From NCBI GenBank assembly GCA_963805945.1, contig CAWDVP010000002.1:224001-288000 (forward strand): DNA of 64,000 nucleotides. Reading direction: 5' to 3'. Position numbers and translations under genes: made by a program. Numbering within the stretch: position 1 is the stretch's first letter; each line of letters opens with the position of its first letter. The notes under the pieces are model-generated. The model searched no databases. It saw only the letters and a list, made by a program, of their open reading frames with translations, and was not told the DNA's origin. Shown piece after piece: positions 39,472 through 52,275 of the stretch. The DNA is from Vulcanimicrobiota bacterium. Its GTDB lineage: Bacteria; Vulcanimicrobiota; Vulcanimicrobiia; Eremiobacterales; Eremiobacteraceae.

Positions 39472-40264
39472 TCACGAGCCGCTTCAGCCTGCCGAACAAC
39501 CCGTCGTCGGAGAGATTGGTGAACGGCACGTCCTCGCCCAGCAGGCGCCGGGCGATCGCGGTGTAGATCTTGCCGAGTTTGCGCGTGCCGTCCAGCACGA
39601 CCGGCTCGCCGCGGTTGGTGGTGTCGATGATCTCCTCGTCGTCCGGCACGATGCCGACGATGTCGCGCCCGAGGATCTCCTGGACGTCGTCCACGCTGAG
39701 CATGTCACCGCTGCGCACCATGTCCGGACGCACGCGGTTGACGATGAGTCGCGCGCGACGGCTGCCGAGCATGCCGAGGATGCGGTCGGCGTCGCGGATG
39801 GCCGAGACCTCCGGCGTGGTGACGACGAGCGCTTGGTCCGCGCCCGCCACCGCGTTGCGAAAACCATGCTCGATGCCGGCAGGGCAATCGATGAGCACGA
39901 TGTCGAATTCGACCGCGAGCTTGCGCATCGCAGCCCGCATCTCGTCCTCGGTGACGGACTCCTTGTCCTTGACCTGCGATGCCGGCAAGAGATAGAGCTC
40001 GTCGAAGCGGCGATCCTTGATGAGCGCCTGGCGCGCCTGGCAGCGGCCCTCGATCAGGTCGACGACGTCGTAGACGATGCGCTTCTCGAGCCCGAGCACG
40101 AGATCGAGATTGCGCAAGCCGATATCGGCGTCGACCAGCGCGACCTTGTGGCCGAGCTTGGCGAGCGCGCCCCCGAGGTTCGCGGTGGTCGTCGTCTTGC
40201 CGACGCCGCCCTTGCCCGATGTCACGACGTAGACCGTTCCTGGCAATCGCGTGTCCTTTCGCAT
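39461..40264 (-). CDS. minD: Septum site-determining protein MinD, first copy
   Basis: TSGKGGVGKTTTTANLG, DADIGLRNLDL.LGLE.RIVYD, and a GLFGRLKRL membrane-targeting helix. Confidence 0.93.
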   Translation of the reverse strand: MRKDTRLPGTVYVVTSGKGGVGKTTTTANLGGALAKLGHKVALVDADIGLRNLDLVLGLEKRIVYDVVDLIEGRCQARQALIKDRRFDELYLLPASQVKDKESVTEDEMRAAMRKLAVEFDIVLIDCPAGIEHGFRNAVAGADQALVVTTPEVSAIRDADRILGMLGSRRARLIVNRVRPDMVRSGDMLSVDDVQEILGRDIVGIVPDDEEIIDTTNRGEPVVLDGTRKLGKIYTAIARRLLGEDVPFTNLSDDGLFGRLKRLVIGS

Positions 40265-40292
40265 GGGCCGACCTGAAGGTCGGCCCCTACAT
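40265..40292 (-). repeat. GTAG-type REP palindrome, family A, abutting the minD start codon
   Basis: gggccgacct-ga-aggtcggccc-ctacat. Confidence 0.85.
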
Positions 40293-40304
40293 TCATGTTG
40301 CGGA

Positions 40305-41045
40305 CTAGGTCGCGGGTTCGGTGATGATCCTGCCGTCGCGCAGACTCGCCACTTCCGGCCCCGCCGGTTTCTTGCGCCGCTGCTCCGGCGCCACCGCCAG
40401 CTTGGTCGAGATGCGCAGTTGCATCGCTTCGAGGCGCAGCGCAAAGACCTTTGCTGATTCGTCGCCTTCCGCGCCGGCATGCGCCACGCCGCGCAACGCG
40501 CCCCAGACCAGGATGTCGCCGGTCGCGACCAGCTCGCCGCCGGCGTTGACGTCACCGACGACGACGATCGTGCCGCGTGAAGTGAGGCTTTGGCCCGAGC
40601 GCACCGTTCCTTTATGATAGAGGGTCTCACCCAAGCCTCGCTCGGGCACCACAGCGCTTGAGTCGTGCCCGTTGCGGCTACGCGTCTTCGCATGGCGGTC
40701 GCGGGCGGGGCCTGTCCGGTCGTCGCGACTGCGCGGCGAGGCGGCGATGCTGGCCCCGACCAGCCGCAGCCCCGCGGATTTGGCCAGCGCCGCGACCTCG
40801 TCGGCGTCGCACACCGCGCCATCCGCGACGATGCCGAACTGCTCCAGGGTGGCGATCACCGCGGCCAGTTCCGTCGCCTCGGCCGGTGCCGCGCCGAGCA
40901 TGAGCACGGCCCGGCTTCCTTGATAGAAGCCCGGCTGGGCGGTCAGACGCTCGCGCAGCTCCGTCACGGCGGCCGAAAGCGGTCGCTCGTGGAGGTGCAA
41001 GAGCAGCCCCGATTTCGTCCCCTTGATCTGCACTTCGCGAGTCAA
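40305..41045 (-). CDS. minC: Septum site-determining protein MinC
   Basis: IKG..G, TVRSGQ, GDVN.G and G.LRG.AHAG..G motifs. Confidence 0.92.
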   Translation of the reverse strand: MTREVQIKGTKSGLLLHLHERPLSAAVTELRERLTAQPGFYQGSRAVLMLGAAPAEATELAAVIATLEQFGIVADGAVCDADEVAALAKSAGLRLVGASIAASPRSRDDRTGPARDRHAKTRSRNGHDSSAVVPERGLGETLYHKGTVRSGQSLTSRGTIVVVGDVNAGGELVATGDILVWGALRGVAHAGAEGDESAKVFALRLEAMQLRISTKLAVAPEQRRKKPAGPEVASLRDGRIITEPAT

Positions 41046-41197
41046 TTACCGGGCGTCGGTCGTTTCCCTTGTGGAGAATCCTGTGAAAGCCATGTGCACG
41101 GGATGTGGACGATTTGGGGCGCGGCCAAGCGTCGTCGGAGGGACTTCCCGGCGGCCCGTCGCAAAGTAGCCTACCCGTCCCCGCCAGGAGTCGTCCG

Positions 41198-43174
41198 ATG
41201 AAGATTTGGAATCGCGTGATCGCCACCGGCATGCTGGTCGTGATGACGCTGACCAGCCTGCCCTTGCCTGCCGCCGCCGTCTCTACCCAGACCGAGATCA
41301 AGATGGGCCAGGACGAAGTCAAGCACGTCGACGCCGAGAACAACATCGTCAACGATCCCGTGCTCAACAACTGGGTGAATGGGATCGCCGAGAACCTGCG
41401 TCGAGAGCGCGCCCGGCCGGACATCACCTACACCTTCAAGATCATCGACACGGACGACATCAACGCGTTCTCGCTGCCCGGCGGCTTCATCTACGTCAAC
41501 TTTGGGCTGCTCAACTTCGTCAATTCGGACGACGAGCTCGCCGGGGTCATGGGCCACGAGATGGGGCACATCGAGCGCCGTCACGTGGTGACCTTGCCGG
41601 CCAAGGCGCAGGCGCTGAACATCCTCATCGGCATCCTGTCGATCTTCTCCGTGTTCGCGTATCGGTTTGGCGGCATCCTCGGCGCCGCGGCGCTCTACAA
41701 GATCTCGCGCCAAGACGAGCTGCAGGCCGATCAATACGGCCTCATGCTCATGAGCCGCGCGGGCTACGACCCGAACGCCATGGTCACGTTCATGACGCGG
41801 ATGCAGAAGGAGTTCGGAGACCAGGGCAACGTGCTCGAGAAGTATTTCGAGGACCACCCGGATCCGGTCGCGCGCGTCTCGCACCTCGAAGGCTACCCGC
41901 AGCTCTCCAAGACCGATTCGCAGCAGACGCTCGCCCAGGCGATCCACGACGAAGAGGAAGGGCGCTACGCGTACTCGCTCGGCAAGTTCGACGACGTGCT
42001 CAAAGCAGAACCGACGAGCGAGCTCGCGGAGCTCTACAAGGGCGAAGTCGACCTGGCGCTCGGCAGTTATGCCGCCAGCCAGACCGCGCTGACGCAGGTG
42101 GCCACCGCGCATGAGACCGAGGCCGGAACCGCGGCCGCGCAGCACGAGCTCTCGATGCTCCCGAAAGACCCGCTTGCGGGCACCTCACTGCTCACGCCGA
42201 ACCTCGACCCGCTGCGCACGGCGCTCGACGCATCGCAGAACCTCGTGCACAACAACTCGATCGCCATCGACCAGCAGGCCAGGCTGACGCGAGCCCAGGT
42301 CGCGCAGCTCAACGAGCGGCTCGACAACCTCTCCTACGAAGTGCCGGATTTCGGCAACATCGAAGTGCGGCCCGGCAGCCGCCTCGAAGGCGTGCTCTAC
42401 GACCTCGAGCACATGTCGAAAGACCTCAACCTCATCCTCGACAAGGCTCAGTACATCACGATCAACGACGCGGACCTGTCGAAGGACATCGTCGGCACGC
42501 TTTCCGAGATGCAGGCGCCGCTGCGCGACAAGGTGCTCACCGGCAACACGCTGCGCACGCTGCCCTACTACAACGACATGATCGTGCAGCTCAACACAGC
42601 ATCGAACGACACGCTCACCGCGGTGTCGGCGAGCCGCGGCGCGGTGGCGCTCGGCTGGCAATCGGTGCCCGCGCTCGACGCATACTTCCGCGCGCTGTCG
42701 CGGGCGACGACGGACTTCGGCGGCGATCTGTCGCCGAACGCCGCCGCGCAGCTCAAGCCGATGGCGGTCGCCGTGCTCACGCAGCTCGATGCCGCGGCAG
42801 ATGCGTCGCAAAAAGCCCATGCGCTGTACTTCGCGGCGCAATCGCGCCAGGTGCAGTCGCGGCTCACCCTGCTCGGCACCGGCTACCCCGAAGCCCGCTA
42901 CGACTTCTTCGCCAAGGCGATCCACGCGCGGCTGGGCATCGACGCGCCGTCATACGACGAGTCCTTGCAGCTGCATATGTCGCCGGGCGACGTGGCGGTC
43001 GCATCGTGGTTGGCGGCAGAGGAACGCGTGCCCGTGACCAACGTCATCAACGAGCAGCGCCAGTCGAACAAGCCGTTCATCGATCTCGCGCTGTCCAAGC
43101 AGTTCGCGCCCGAATCTCTCGAGGTCACCCTCGGGCTGTGGTTCGAAGGCTACGCGGAGAAGCCGGTCGAGTAA
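41198..43174 (+). CDS. M48 family metalloprotease with TPR and long C-terminal region, exported
   Basis: Signal peptide; INAFSLPGG, ELAGVMGHEMGH (HExxH), E.QAD and DHP motifs. Confidence 0.88.
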   Translation: MKIWNRVIATGMLVVMTLTSLPLPAAAVSTQTEIKMGQDEVKHVDAENNIVNDPVLNNWVNGIAENLRRERARPDITYTFKIIDTDDINAFSLPGGFIYVNFGLLNFVNSDDELAGVMGHEMGHIERRHVVTLPAKAQALNILIGILSIFSVFAYRFGGILGAAALYKISRQDELQADQYGLMLMSRAGYDPNAMVTFMTRMQKEFGDQGNVLEKYFEDHPDPVARVSHLEGYPQLSKTDSQQTLAQAIHDEEEGRYAYSLGKFDDVLKAEPTSELAELYKGEVDLALGSYAASQTALTQVATAHETEAGTAAAQHELSMLPKDPLAGTSLLTPNLDPLRTALDASQNLVHNNSIAIDQQARLTRAQVAQLNERLDNLSYEVPDFGNIEVRPGSRLEGVLYDLEHMSKDLNLILDKAQYITINDADLSKDIVGTLSEMQAPLRDKVLTGNTLRTLPYYNDMIVQLNTASNDTLTAVSASRGAVALGWQSVPALDAYFRALSRATTDFGGDLSPNAAAQLKPMAVAVLTQLDAAADASQKAHALYFAAQSRQVQSRLTLLGTGYPEARYDFFAKAIHARLGIDAPSYDESLQLHMSPGDVAVASWLAAEERVPVTNVINEQRQSNKPFIDLALSKQFAPESLEVTLGLWFEGYAEKPVE

Positions 43175-43230
43175 GCCGTAGACCCGTCCTGTAACAAGGT
43201 CGCGCTCTGGTGGGTACGGTAGATACTGCC

Positions 43231-44301
43231 ATGCCGCCAGAGCTCCCCACGCTGCCCGCGAACGGCGGCACCGGCGCCCACGTCGGGCACTGGATGGAGA
43301 CCGTTCGCTCTCAGGTCAACCTCAACGTCCTCGACGCGCAAGCCGCGCGGCCGGTGCGGCTGCTGTTGGCCGGGCCGGGCGCGGACGAGCTGGCCGACGT
43401 GCTCGACCCCGCGCGCATCGCGCGGGGCTCCGTCCTCGAACCGCTCGATACCGCGCCGGGCTGGATGGTCGCCGACTCGGCGAGCCGCGCGATCATCTAC
43501 TGCGCGGCGAGCGGGGCCGTCCCCGACTCGAGCATCGCGCACCTCACATCGTCGACGCTGCCGGTCTTCGTCATCGACCGGCCGGCCGGCGGCGTGACGC
43601 CCGACGCGCCGAGCACCGCCCCGTCTCCCCGGCCGACGCCGGGCGCGCCTGGCCGCTATTTCGTCAGCGCGCTGACCGCGCTGGAGCTCGGCAAGTACCT
43701 GCTGCCCGACATGGTCAACGCGTGCCGCGACGACGAGATCTCGCTCGCCGCAAGGCTGCCCGATTTCCGCCCGAGCGTGGCCGCGAAGCTCACCGTCGAC
43801 TGCGCGATCAACAGCCTGAAGATCGCGGTCGCCTCCGCGCTGGTGGACCATATCCCGGTGCTCGGCATCATGCTGGGCGGCATCGCGTCGGCGGGCGACA
43901 CCATCGCCATCACCGGCATGCAGATGAACATGCTGCTGCGCATCGCCGCGGCGCATGGCAAGAAGGCCGAGTTCGCCCGCATCGCCGAGCTGTTCCCCGT
44001 CATGGGTGGCGGCTACGGCTGGCGTGCGCTCGCCCGCGAGGCCTCGGGATTCATCCCCTTGGCCGGGCACGTGATCAAGGGCGCGCATCGCGTATGCCGG
44101 CACGCTCGTCATCGGACAAGCGGCGACGTACTACTACGAGACGGGACTGCGCATGGCGCCGGAGAAGGTCGAGCGCGCTCTATCGCGAGGCGGTGGAACG
44201 CACGCGAAGCGTGGCGATCGATTTCATGGAGCGCTTCCGCAAGAAACCGCCATTCGAATGCGACCGCTCCGAGGCGCCGACTAAAGACGGCCCTCATATA
44301 G
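43231..44301 (+). CDS. DUF697/YcjF-like protein (C-terminal frameshifts; end approximate)
   Basis: IPVLG...D..AIT.MQM.M..RIA..G and R..GFIP..G..IKG motifs. Confidence 0.65.
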   Translation: MPPELPTLPANGGTGAHVGHWMETVRSQVNLNVLDAQAARPVRLLLAGPGADELADVLDPARIARGSVLEPLDTAPGWMVADSASRAIIYCAASGAVPDSSIAHLTSSTLPVFVIDRPAGGVTPDAPSTAPSPRPTPGAPGRYFVSALTALELGKYLLPDMVNACRDDEISLAARLPDFRPSVAAKLTVDCAINSLKIAVASALVDHIPVLGIMLGGIASAGDTIAITGMQMNMLLRIAAAHGKKAEFARIAELFPVMGGGYGWRALAREASGFIPLAGHVIKGAHRVCRHARHRTSGDVLLRDGTAHGAGEGRARSIARRWNAREAWRSISWSASARNRHSNATAPRRRLKTALI

Positions 44302-44891
44302 GGTGCGGCGGCCTTCGAGCGCGCGCGCCAGCGTCGATCTCGTCCGCATAATCCAGCTCGCCGCCGATCGGCAGGCCGTACGCGAGCCGCGTCACCTTGA
44401 CGCCGGTCGGCGCGAGAGTCGGTGCAGATATAGCGCGGTCGACTCGCCTTCGGCGTTGGGGTTCGTCGCGACGATGACTTCCTTGATATGTCGGGCTCGA
44501 GCCGGTCGAGCAGTTCCTTGACGTGCAGCTGGCCGACGCCGATGCCCTCCATCGGCGAGATCAACCCGCCGAGCACGTGATAGCGGCCGTTGAAGTCATC
44601 GTCCGCTCGACCGCGTACACGTCTTTGGCTTCGCCGACGACGCAGACGAGCGTGGGATCGCGCCCGGATCGCGAGCAGATCGAGCACTCGTCGGCTTCGG
44701 TGAGGCTGAAGCAGCGGTTGCAGAAGCGCACCTTCTCTTTGACCGCGACGATGGCACGGCGAGCGCCCGTGCGTCTTCCGGCTCGCCGAAAGCAGATGGA
44801 ACGCGAGCCGTGCCGCGGTCTTCGGTCCGACCGTGGGCAGCTTCTCCAGTTCGCCGATGAGGTTCGAGAGCGGGGCTGCGATGTAGTCCAG
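44281..44891 (-). CDS. recR: Recombination mediator RecR (several frameshifts)
   Basis: [16 protein letters not shown]....[13 protein letters not shown] and RLAYGLP.GGEL.YAD motifs across frames. Confidence 0.9.
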
Positions 44892-44898
44892 GGTCCGG

Positions 44899-45203
44899 TT
44901 AGAAGCCCGGGGATCCCAAGACCGCCGGCGAGCGGGCCCATGCGCGCCTGCGACAGCTCCGTCACCTTGGCCTGCGCGTCCTTGAACGCGATGCCGATGA
45001 GGTCTTCAAGCGTCTCGACGTCGTCCGGATCGACCGCGGCTTTGTGCGATCTTGCACCGCGCTCGAGCCCCGTGGCCGTCCAACGTCACCGTGCACCGCG
45101 CCCGAGCCAGCCGACCCGGTCACCGTCTCGTCGGCCGAGCTCTTCTTGGACTTCGCCAGCTGCTCTTGGAGCTGGCGCGCCTGCTGCAGCAATTGATGCT
45201 GGT

Positions 45204-45207
<4 letters not shown>
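44899..45207 (-). CDS. ybaB: YbaB/EbfC nucleoid-associated protein (frameshifted)
   Basis: [13 protein letters not shown] and [11 protein letters not shown] motifs; located between dnaX and recR. Confidence 0.88.
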
Positions 45208-46906
<1,699 letters not shown>

Positions 46907-47207
46907 GATGCTTGGCGCTTCGGGCGGTTTGCGGCACTTTCCTCACGGGATTTTCTATTGACAATCGTGTTATCGTTATAGCAAGCACCATGGAGGAATC
47001 GTCCCGCATCCGGGGCCTTTGGGACGGCCCTGAAGATCGGACGCCATAAGCTGAAACTACGCGTTTTGTCGTTGAGTAATCAGGGTATCGAAAACACGGT
47101 CGGGTAGTCTCAAGTCGAGTTCGGTCCTCAGACGGTATACAGAGGCTCGAATTCTGCATCTCGGCGGCGCCCGGCCCGGACATCACGGCAGAAGGAACAA
47201 GGAACAT

Positions 47208-48870
47208 ATGAAGGTCGACATCGACCTGACCGAAGCGCTCCGCACGCACTTCGGCTACGAGAGCTTCCAGCCCGGCCAGGAAGAGGTCATCCGCCGCGTG
47301 CTGGACGGCAAGGACACGCTCGCGATCCTGGCCACCGGCGCCGGGAAATCGCTGTGCTACCAATTGCCCGCGCTGCTGCTGCCCGGCACGACCATCGTCG
47401 TGTCGCCGCTCATCGCGTTGATGAAGGATCAGATCGACATGCTCGCCGAGGCGGGCATCAACGAGCACGATCGCGCTCAACAGCACGCTGACCGAAGAGG
47501 AAGAGGTCTCGCTATCTCGAGCGCGTCGCGCGCGGCAATCTCAAGCTCATCTACGTCACCCCCGAGCGGCTCGAGGACGAGAGCTTCGTCGACGTGCTCA
47601 AACGGCTGCACGTGCCGCTGTTCGTGGTGGACGAGGCGCATTGCATCTCGCAGTGGGGGCACGATTTCCGGCCAGCATACCTGAATCTCGGCCGCGTCAT
47701 CGCGGCGCTCGGCAGGCCGCCGGTGCTCGCGCTCACCGCCACCGCCACGCCCGCGGTGCGCGAGGACATCGTCACGCAGCTCGGCATCCCGCCACCAAGC
47801 CGATCGTGCGCGGGTTCGACCGGCCCGAATCTCGTCTATGAAGTGGCGCGCACCGACGAGCGATGAGCTCGACAAGCTGCGCGTGCTCAAAGCCAAGTTC
47901 ACCGGGCCGCTCGACGGCGCGCTCGGCATCATCTATACCGCGACCATCAAGAACACCGAAGCCGTCGCCGAGTACTGCCGCGAAGAGCTCGGCATGCCCG
48001 CCGACGTCTACCATAGCAAACTGCAGAAAGCCGAACGCGAGCGCGTCCACGACCACTTCATGAGCGAGGACGTCAAGATCGTCGTCGCGACCAACGCGTT
48101 CGGGCTGGGCATCGACAAGTCGAACATCCGCTTCGTCATCCACTACGATCTGCCGGGCAGCGTCGAGGCGTACACGCAAGAGGCGGGGCGCGCAGGTCGC
48201 GACGGGCTGGAGTCCACCTGCCTGCTGCTGTATCGCCAAAGCGATACGCGCGTGCAGAACTACTTCTTGACCGGCAAGTATCCCGACGTCGAGGAGGTGC
48301 AGAAGGTCTTCGGCACGCTCACCTACTTCGAGAGCCAGGACAACGGCGTGTCGCTCTCCGATCTGCGCAAGATCTCGCAGCTGCCGTTGACGAAGCTCAA
48401 AGTGATCCTCGCGCTGCTCAAGAAGGGCGGCTACATCGTCAACGTCACCAAGTCGACGTACGGTCTCGCGCCGTTCGTCAAAGGGCAGAAGGATCTGACG
48501 CTCAATCTCGCCAGCTACGAGACGAAGCGCTCGTACGACCAGAGCAAGCTCGCGATGATGCTGCAGTACTGCGAGACGCGCAGCTGCCGGCGCAAGTTCA
48601 TCCTGAACTACTTCGGCGAGGACTTCGACGAGCCCAACTGCGGCGCGTGCGACAACTGCCGCGCAGCGCTCGCTGCGGGGCGTCACCGTCGAGGTCGACG
48701 ACGCGGACGAGACGGACGACTTCCGCATCGGCGACGTCGTGCATCACACGAAGTTCGGCTCGGGAACGGTGGAACGTCAGGAGCGCGATCTCGTCACCGT
48801 GCTCTTCCCCGCACACGGCTATAAGACGCTCCTCGCCTCGGCGGTGAACCGGGAACAGCAAATCGCCTAG
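47208..48870 (+). CDS. recQ: RecQ family ATP-dependent DNA helicase (frameshifted) with C-terminal Tudor-like domain
   Basis: [54 protein letters not shown] and CRR...YFGE..CG.CDNC motifs. Confidence 0.92.
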
Positions 48871-50590
48871 TGGGGCCAGCTGCGCTGCGCCGGCAGATCC
48901 GCGCCGCCGCGTGTGGCGGCGCGTTCGTGCTCGTGCTCACGGCGGTCGCGTACTCCGGCGGCGCGCGCGGCGATCAGACGCCGGCGCCGCTTCCTTCGCT
49001 CGCCACCGACGCCCGCGCCAAGGCGACGCCGGCGCGGCCCAACCCGGCCAACCCGTTCCCGCCAGCCCGTGTCCGTCCGGCGCGACCGACTGCAGCCCCG
49101 GCCCGCAAGGCACGATCATGCAGACCCCGACGCCCGCGCCCCAGCTCGTCATCGTCAATCCGATCGCTCTGCGCGTGCTGCTCGGCCACGTCGCTTCGGC
49201 GCGGCTGCTCTCGCCGCCAAGCGGCATCGTCATGCTCTCAGGCAACGATGAGAACATCGCGCACGCGGTCTTCAATCCCATCGACCGCACGATCGACTCA
49301 CGGGCTTGCATCCCGGCACGACCCGATGACCGCCACCGGACCGAACGGGCTCACGGCGACGCTCGAGCGTGACCGTGCAGGTGTCGGCGGGCAAAGCGGA
49401 CGCGTTCACCGCCATCAACGTGACTGGGCACCCGGCGACTTCGATCTTCTTGGCCGAGATGGCGCAGGCGGCCGCGTTGCGCGTCGCCTATCCGCAGGCG
49501 GGCGCGCATGGTGACAGGCTTCCCCGAGGACGTCGTGGAGCTCGAGCCCGATATGACGGCGGTCGTGCACGTGCCGCTGGACATCACCGGCGCCAACTAC
49601 TTCGCCTATCACACCAGGGTCGCCGTGCGCATCACGAATCTCGCCCAGCCGCGGCTGGCGCCGCTCTTCACCCTCGTGTCCGATTTCCCCGAGACGATCA
49701 CCGAGAACGGCACGCTCTTCTACAGCGACGTCACCTTCGACAAGCCTGCGCGGCTGCTGTACTACCATTACGCGCCGCCGGGCGCGCCGCTGCGGCGCGT
49801 GCTCGTCAAGGTGCAGAACAACGGCATGGAGTCGGCGCGGCTCGAGATGATCTCGGGCATCTCCGGTCCTTCGCCTGATATCTTGGGCGTTGGCCACGAG
49901 TCGACGCGGCGTTTCTTGGTGCGCGATGCCGCCGGCGAAGGCGAGGTCTTCGAGGTGCCGCCGCAAGGCCACGATCAACGTCGTCGATCAACTGCTGCCC
50001 GCCGGACAAGCTCGTGTGCGGTCTCATGCAGATGCGCGTCATCAGCGGGCCGGGGCTGCGCGTCGCGGTCGTCGTGCAGGACGCCGACGGCTCGCCGATC
50101 GAGCCGATCTCCGACACGCTGCTCTCGAGCGCGGTGAAGCACTCGCGCGGCGTGTATCAGGTGCCGGAGTTCTTCTACGAGGAATCGTACACCATCGGCG
50201 ATGCCCCGACGACGCTCGCCATCGGCAAACTGCCGTTGCCGAACTTCGTGCAGGGCGAGGTGCTCGGCGGCGATTACGGCGTGAAGCAGAGCGCCGACGT
50301 CAACCTGCTCAATCCGACCAACCAGCCGGCCGATGTCGGGCTGTGGTTCGAGCCGCGCGGCGGCCGCGCGACGGGGACGCTGCTCGTCAACGGCGACGTC
50401 GTTCAGCTGCATCCGGTCGACGCCTATGAAGGCCGCGCTCGTGCGCCGCTTCACCGTGCCGGCGCGCGGCTTCATGCACGTGAGCGTGGTGACGATGCCC
50501 GAAGGCGGATCGGCCTATCCGGTCAATCTGCTGTTCGCATCGGATCCGCCGCCAGGGGCGGGCTGGAATCTCTCACCCGCGGTCCACTAG
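48870..50590 (+). CDS. Large exported hypothetical protein (frameshifted)
   Basis: Signal peptide, Pro-rich linker, and continuous GC3-biased coding across frames (SDFPE...G.L, RLLYYHY, GDYGV). Confidence 0.65.
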
Positions 50591-50651
50591 AGCCGAGGCG
50601 ACGAGCGGCGCTGCGCGGGGCGCGCTCGTCCCGTCGGCTCGTCCTGTGTCC

Positions 50652-51230
50652 CTAGCCTGATGCTCGGGACCGTTTCGCTTCCGTGTCCACCGCCAGATAT
50701 TCGTCCACCAGCGACAGCCGCTGCTTGTGCTTCGGATAGGTGCCGTCGGGATTCTTCGCGATGTATTCTTTGGACTCGACGACCAGGTATTCGAAATTCT
50801 CCCACACGCCCGGCCCGTCCTTACGCCGGCAGATGGCGATCAGCTGCTCGCCCACCTCCCAGTCGCGCACCACGCGAAAGGCGAACACGTCGACCACCGC
50901 ATCGACCGGGATCAGGCGCTGCTTCGCGAGCGAGCCGACATAATCGTACCAGTTGTACAGGTGCAGCCACGGGGCGTCGTTTCGATCGAAGGTGTTGTCA
51001 TCGAGCACGCGGCGGAACTCCGGATCGGTGAGCCGCGCCACGTGCGCCTTGATGGAGTTGCTCCATTCGATGAGCTGCGGATCCTCGCTGCGGCCGACCA
51101 CGCTGAGCAGGCCGGTGAGCTGATTGCTCGTCCGCAGATGGTTCAGCTGGATCACCGCCGCGATCGCCGTCGCGGCGATCACGATGAAGGTGCCGGCCGA
51201 GGTGATAGTGCTCAGGAGCTCCAGGGACAT
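50652..51230 (-). CDS. Membrane-anchored hypothetical protein (DUF4760-like), paralog of 37404-38009
   Basis: MSLELL..AGTF..IAATAIAAVIQL.HLR.SNQ, WENFEYL and YPK motifs; GAGG RBS. Confidence 0.75.
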   Translation of the reverse strand: MSLELLSTITSAGTFIVIAATAIAAVIQLNHLRTSNQLTGLLSVVGRSEDPQLIEWSNSIKAHVARLTDPEFRRVLDDNTFDRNDAPWLHLYNWYDYVGSLAKQRLIPVDAVVDVFAFRVVRDWEVGEQLIAICRRKDGPGVWENFEYLVVESKEYIAKNPDGTYPKHKQRLSLVDEYLAVDTEAKRSRASG

Positions 51231-51246
51231 GCGAAGTACCTCCTCG

Positions 51247-52275
51247 TCATAGCAGCGAGCGGTAGACGGACATCATCGTCTCGGCGACGGCCGACCAGGT
51301 GAAGGTCGCGGCGCGCGCGCGGCCGCGCGCGACTCGCTCGTCGACGGCCGGACCGCCCGCCACGATCGCCTCGATGCCGGCCGCGAACGCGGCATCGTCG
51401 CCTGGGGACGCGTAGAGCGCCGCATCACCAAGCACCTCTTCGAGCACCGGGATGCGCGATACGACCACCGGCAGGCCCGCGGCGAGCGCTTGGAGCGGCG
51501 GCAGGCCGAAGCCCTCGTAACGCGACGGGAAGATCAACGCGGCCGCCTGCGCATACAAAGCCAGCAGCGATTCGTCGCTCGCATAGCCGCGCAGTTCGAC
51601 GCGCGCGCCGACGCCGAGCCGCTCGATCTCGCGGCGCACGTCATCCTCGAACGGCGTGCGCATGCCCACTGAGACCAAGCGCAGCCCGTCGATGCGGGCC
51701 ACCGCGCGCACCGCGGTGAGCAGATCTTTGCGCTCCTCCACCGTGCCGACCGCGAGCGCGAACGGCGGCTGCGACGGAGCCCGAGTGACCGCCGCGAAAC
51801 GTTCATCCACGCCCGCGCCGGCCACGGTGACCCGTTTCGGGTCGACGCCCAGACCATCGGCGACATCCGCACGCGCCGCTTCCGTATCCACGACGATCGC
51901 GTTCGCGCGCCGCGCGAGTCCCGGTTGAAAGCTGCCGAAATACCAGCGCACGTAGGCGCGCCCGCGGTTGGCGGCACGCAGCCACGTCAGATCGTGCAGC
52001 GTGAGCACGCTAGGGTGCGGCGGACGCCACGGCAGCGTGCCGCCGGTGAAGTGCGCGACGTCCGCCTTGGCGGCGCGCACCAGCGCCGGCGCGCGCACCT
52101 GATCCCACCACAGCCGCCGATCGAAGCGCCAGATGTCCAGCGTCGGGTCGGCGATCTCGACCACGTCGATGTCGCCGCGCGCGCGCAGCGCCGCCGCGAG
52201 CCGGCCGGCGTAGACGCCAAGCCCGGTCGGCGTGCCGAGCGCGAATTGCGTCTCGAGCGCGAGCCGCACGCTCAC
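51247..52275 (-). CDS. Glycosyltransferase family 4
   Basis: TLHDL, VGT.E.RK and PSRYEGFGLP motifs. Confidence 0.88.
   Translation of the reverse strand: MSVRLALETQFALGTPTGLGVYAGRLAAALRARGDIDVVEIADPTLDIWRFDRRLWWDQVRAPALVRAAKADVAHFTGGTLPWRPPHPSVLTLHDLTWLRAANRGRAYVRWYFGSFQPGLARRANAIVVDTEAARADVADGLGVDPKRVTVAGAGVDERFAAVTRAPSQPPFALAVGTVEERKDLLTAVRAVARIDGLRLVSVGMRTPFEDDVRREIERLGVGARVELRGYASDESLLALYAQAAALIFPSRYEGFGLPPLQALAAGLPVVVSRIPVLEEVLGDAALYASPGDDAAFAAGIEAIVAGGPAVDERVARGRARAATFTWSAVAETMMSVYRSLL

Noticed and set aside
46907..47207. SRP RNA or other ncRNA upstream of dnaX, and a TTGACA promoter at 46958
   Set aside because: No SRP core (CAGG..GGAAG..AGCAG) on either strand, and no good -10 element at 16-18 nt spacing.
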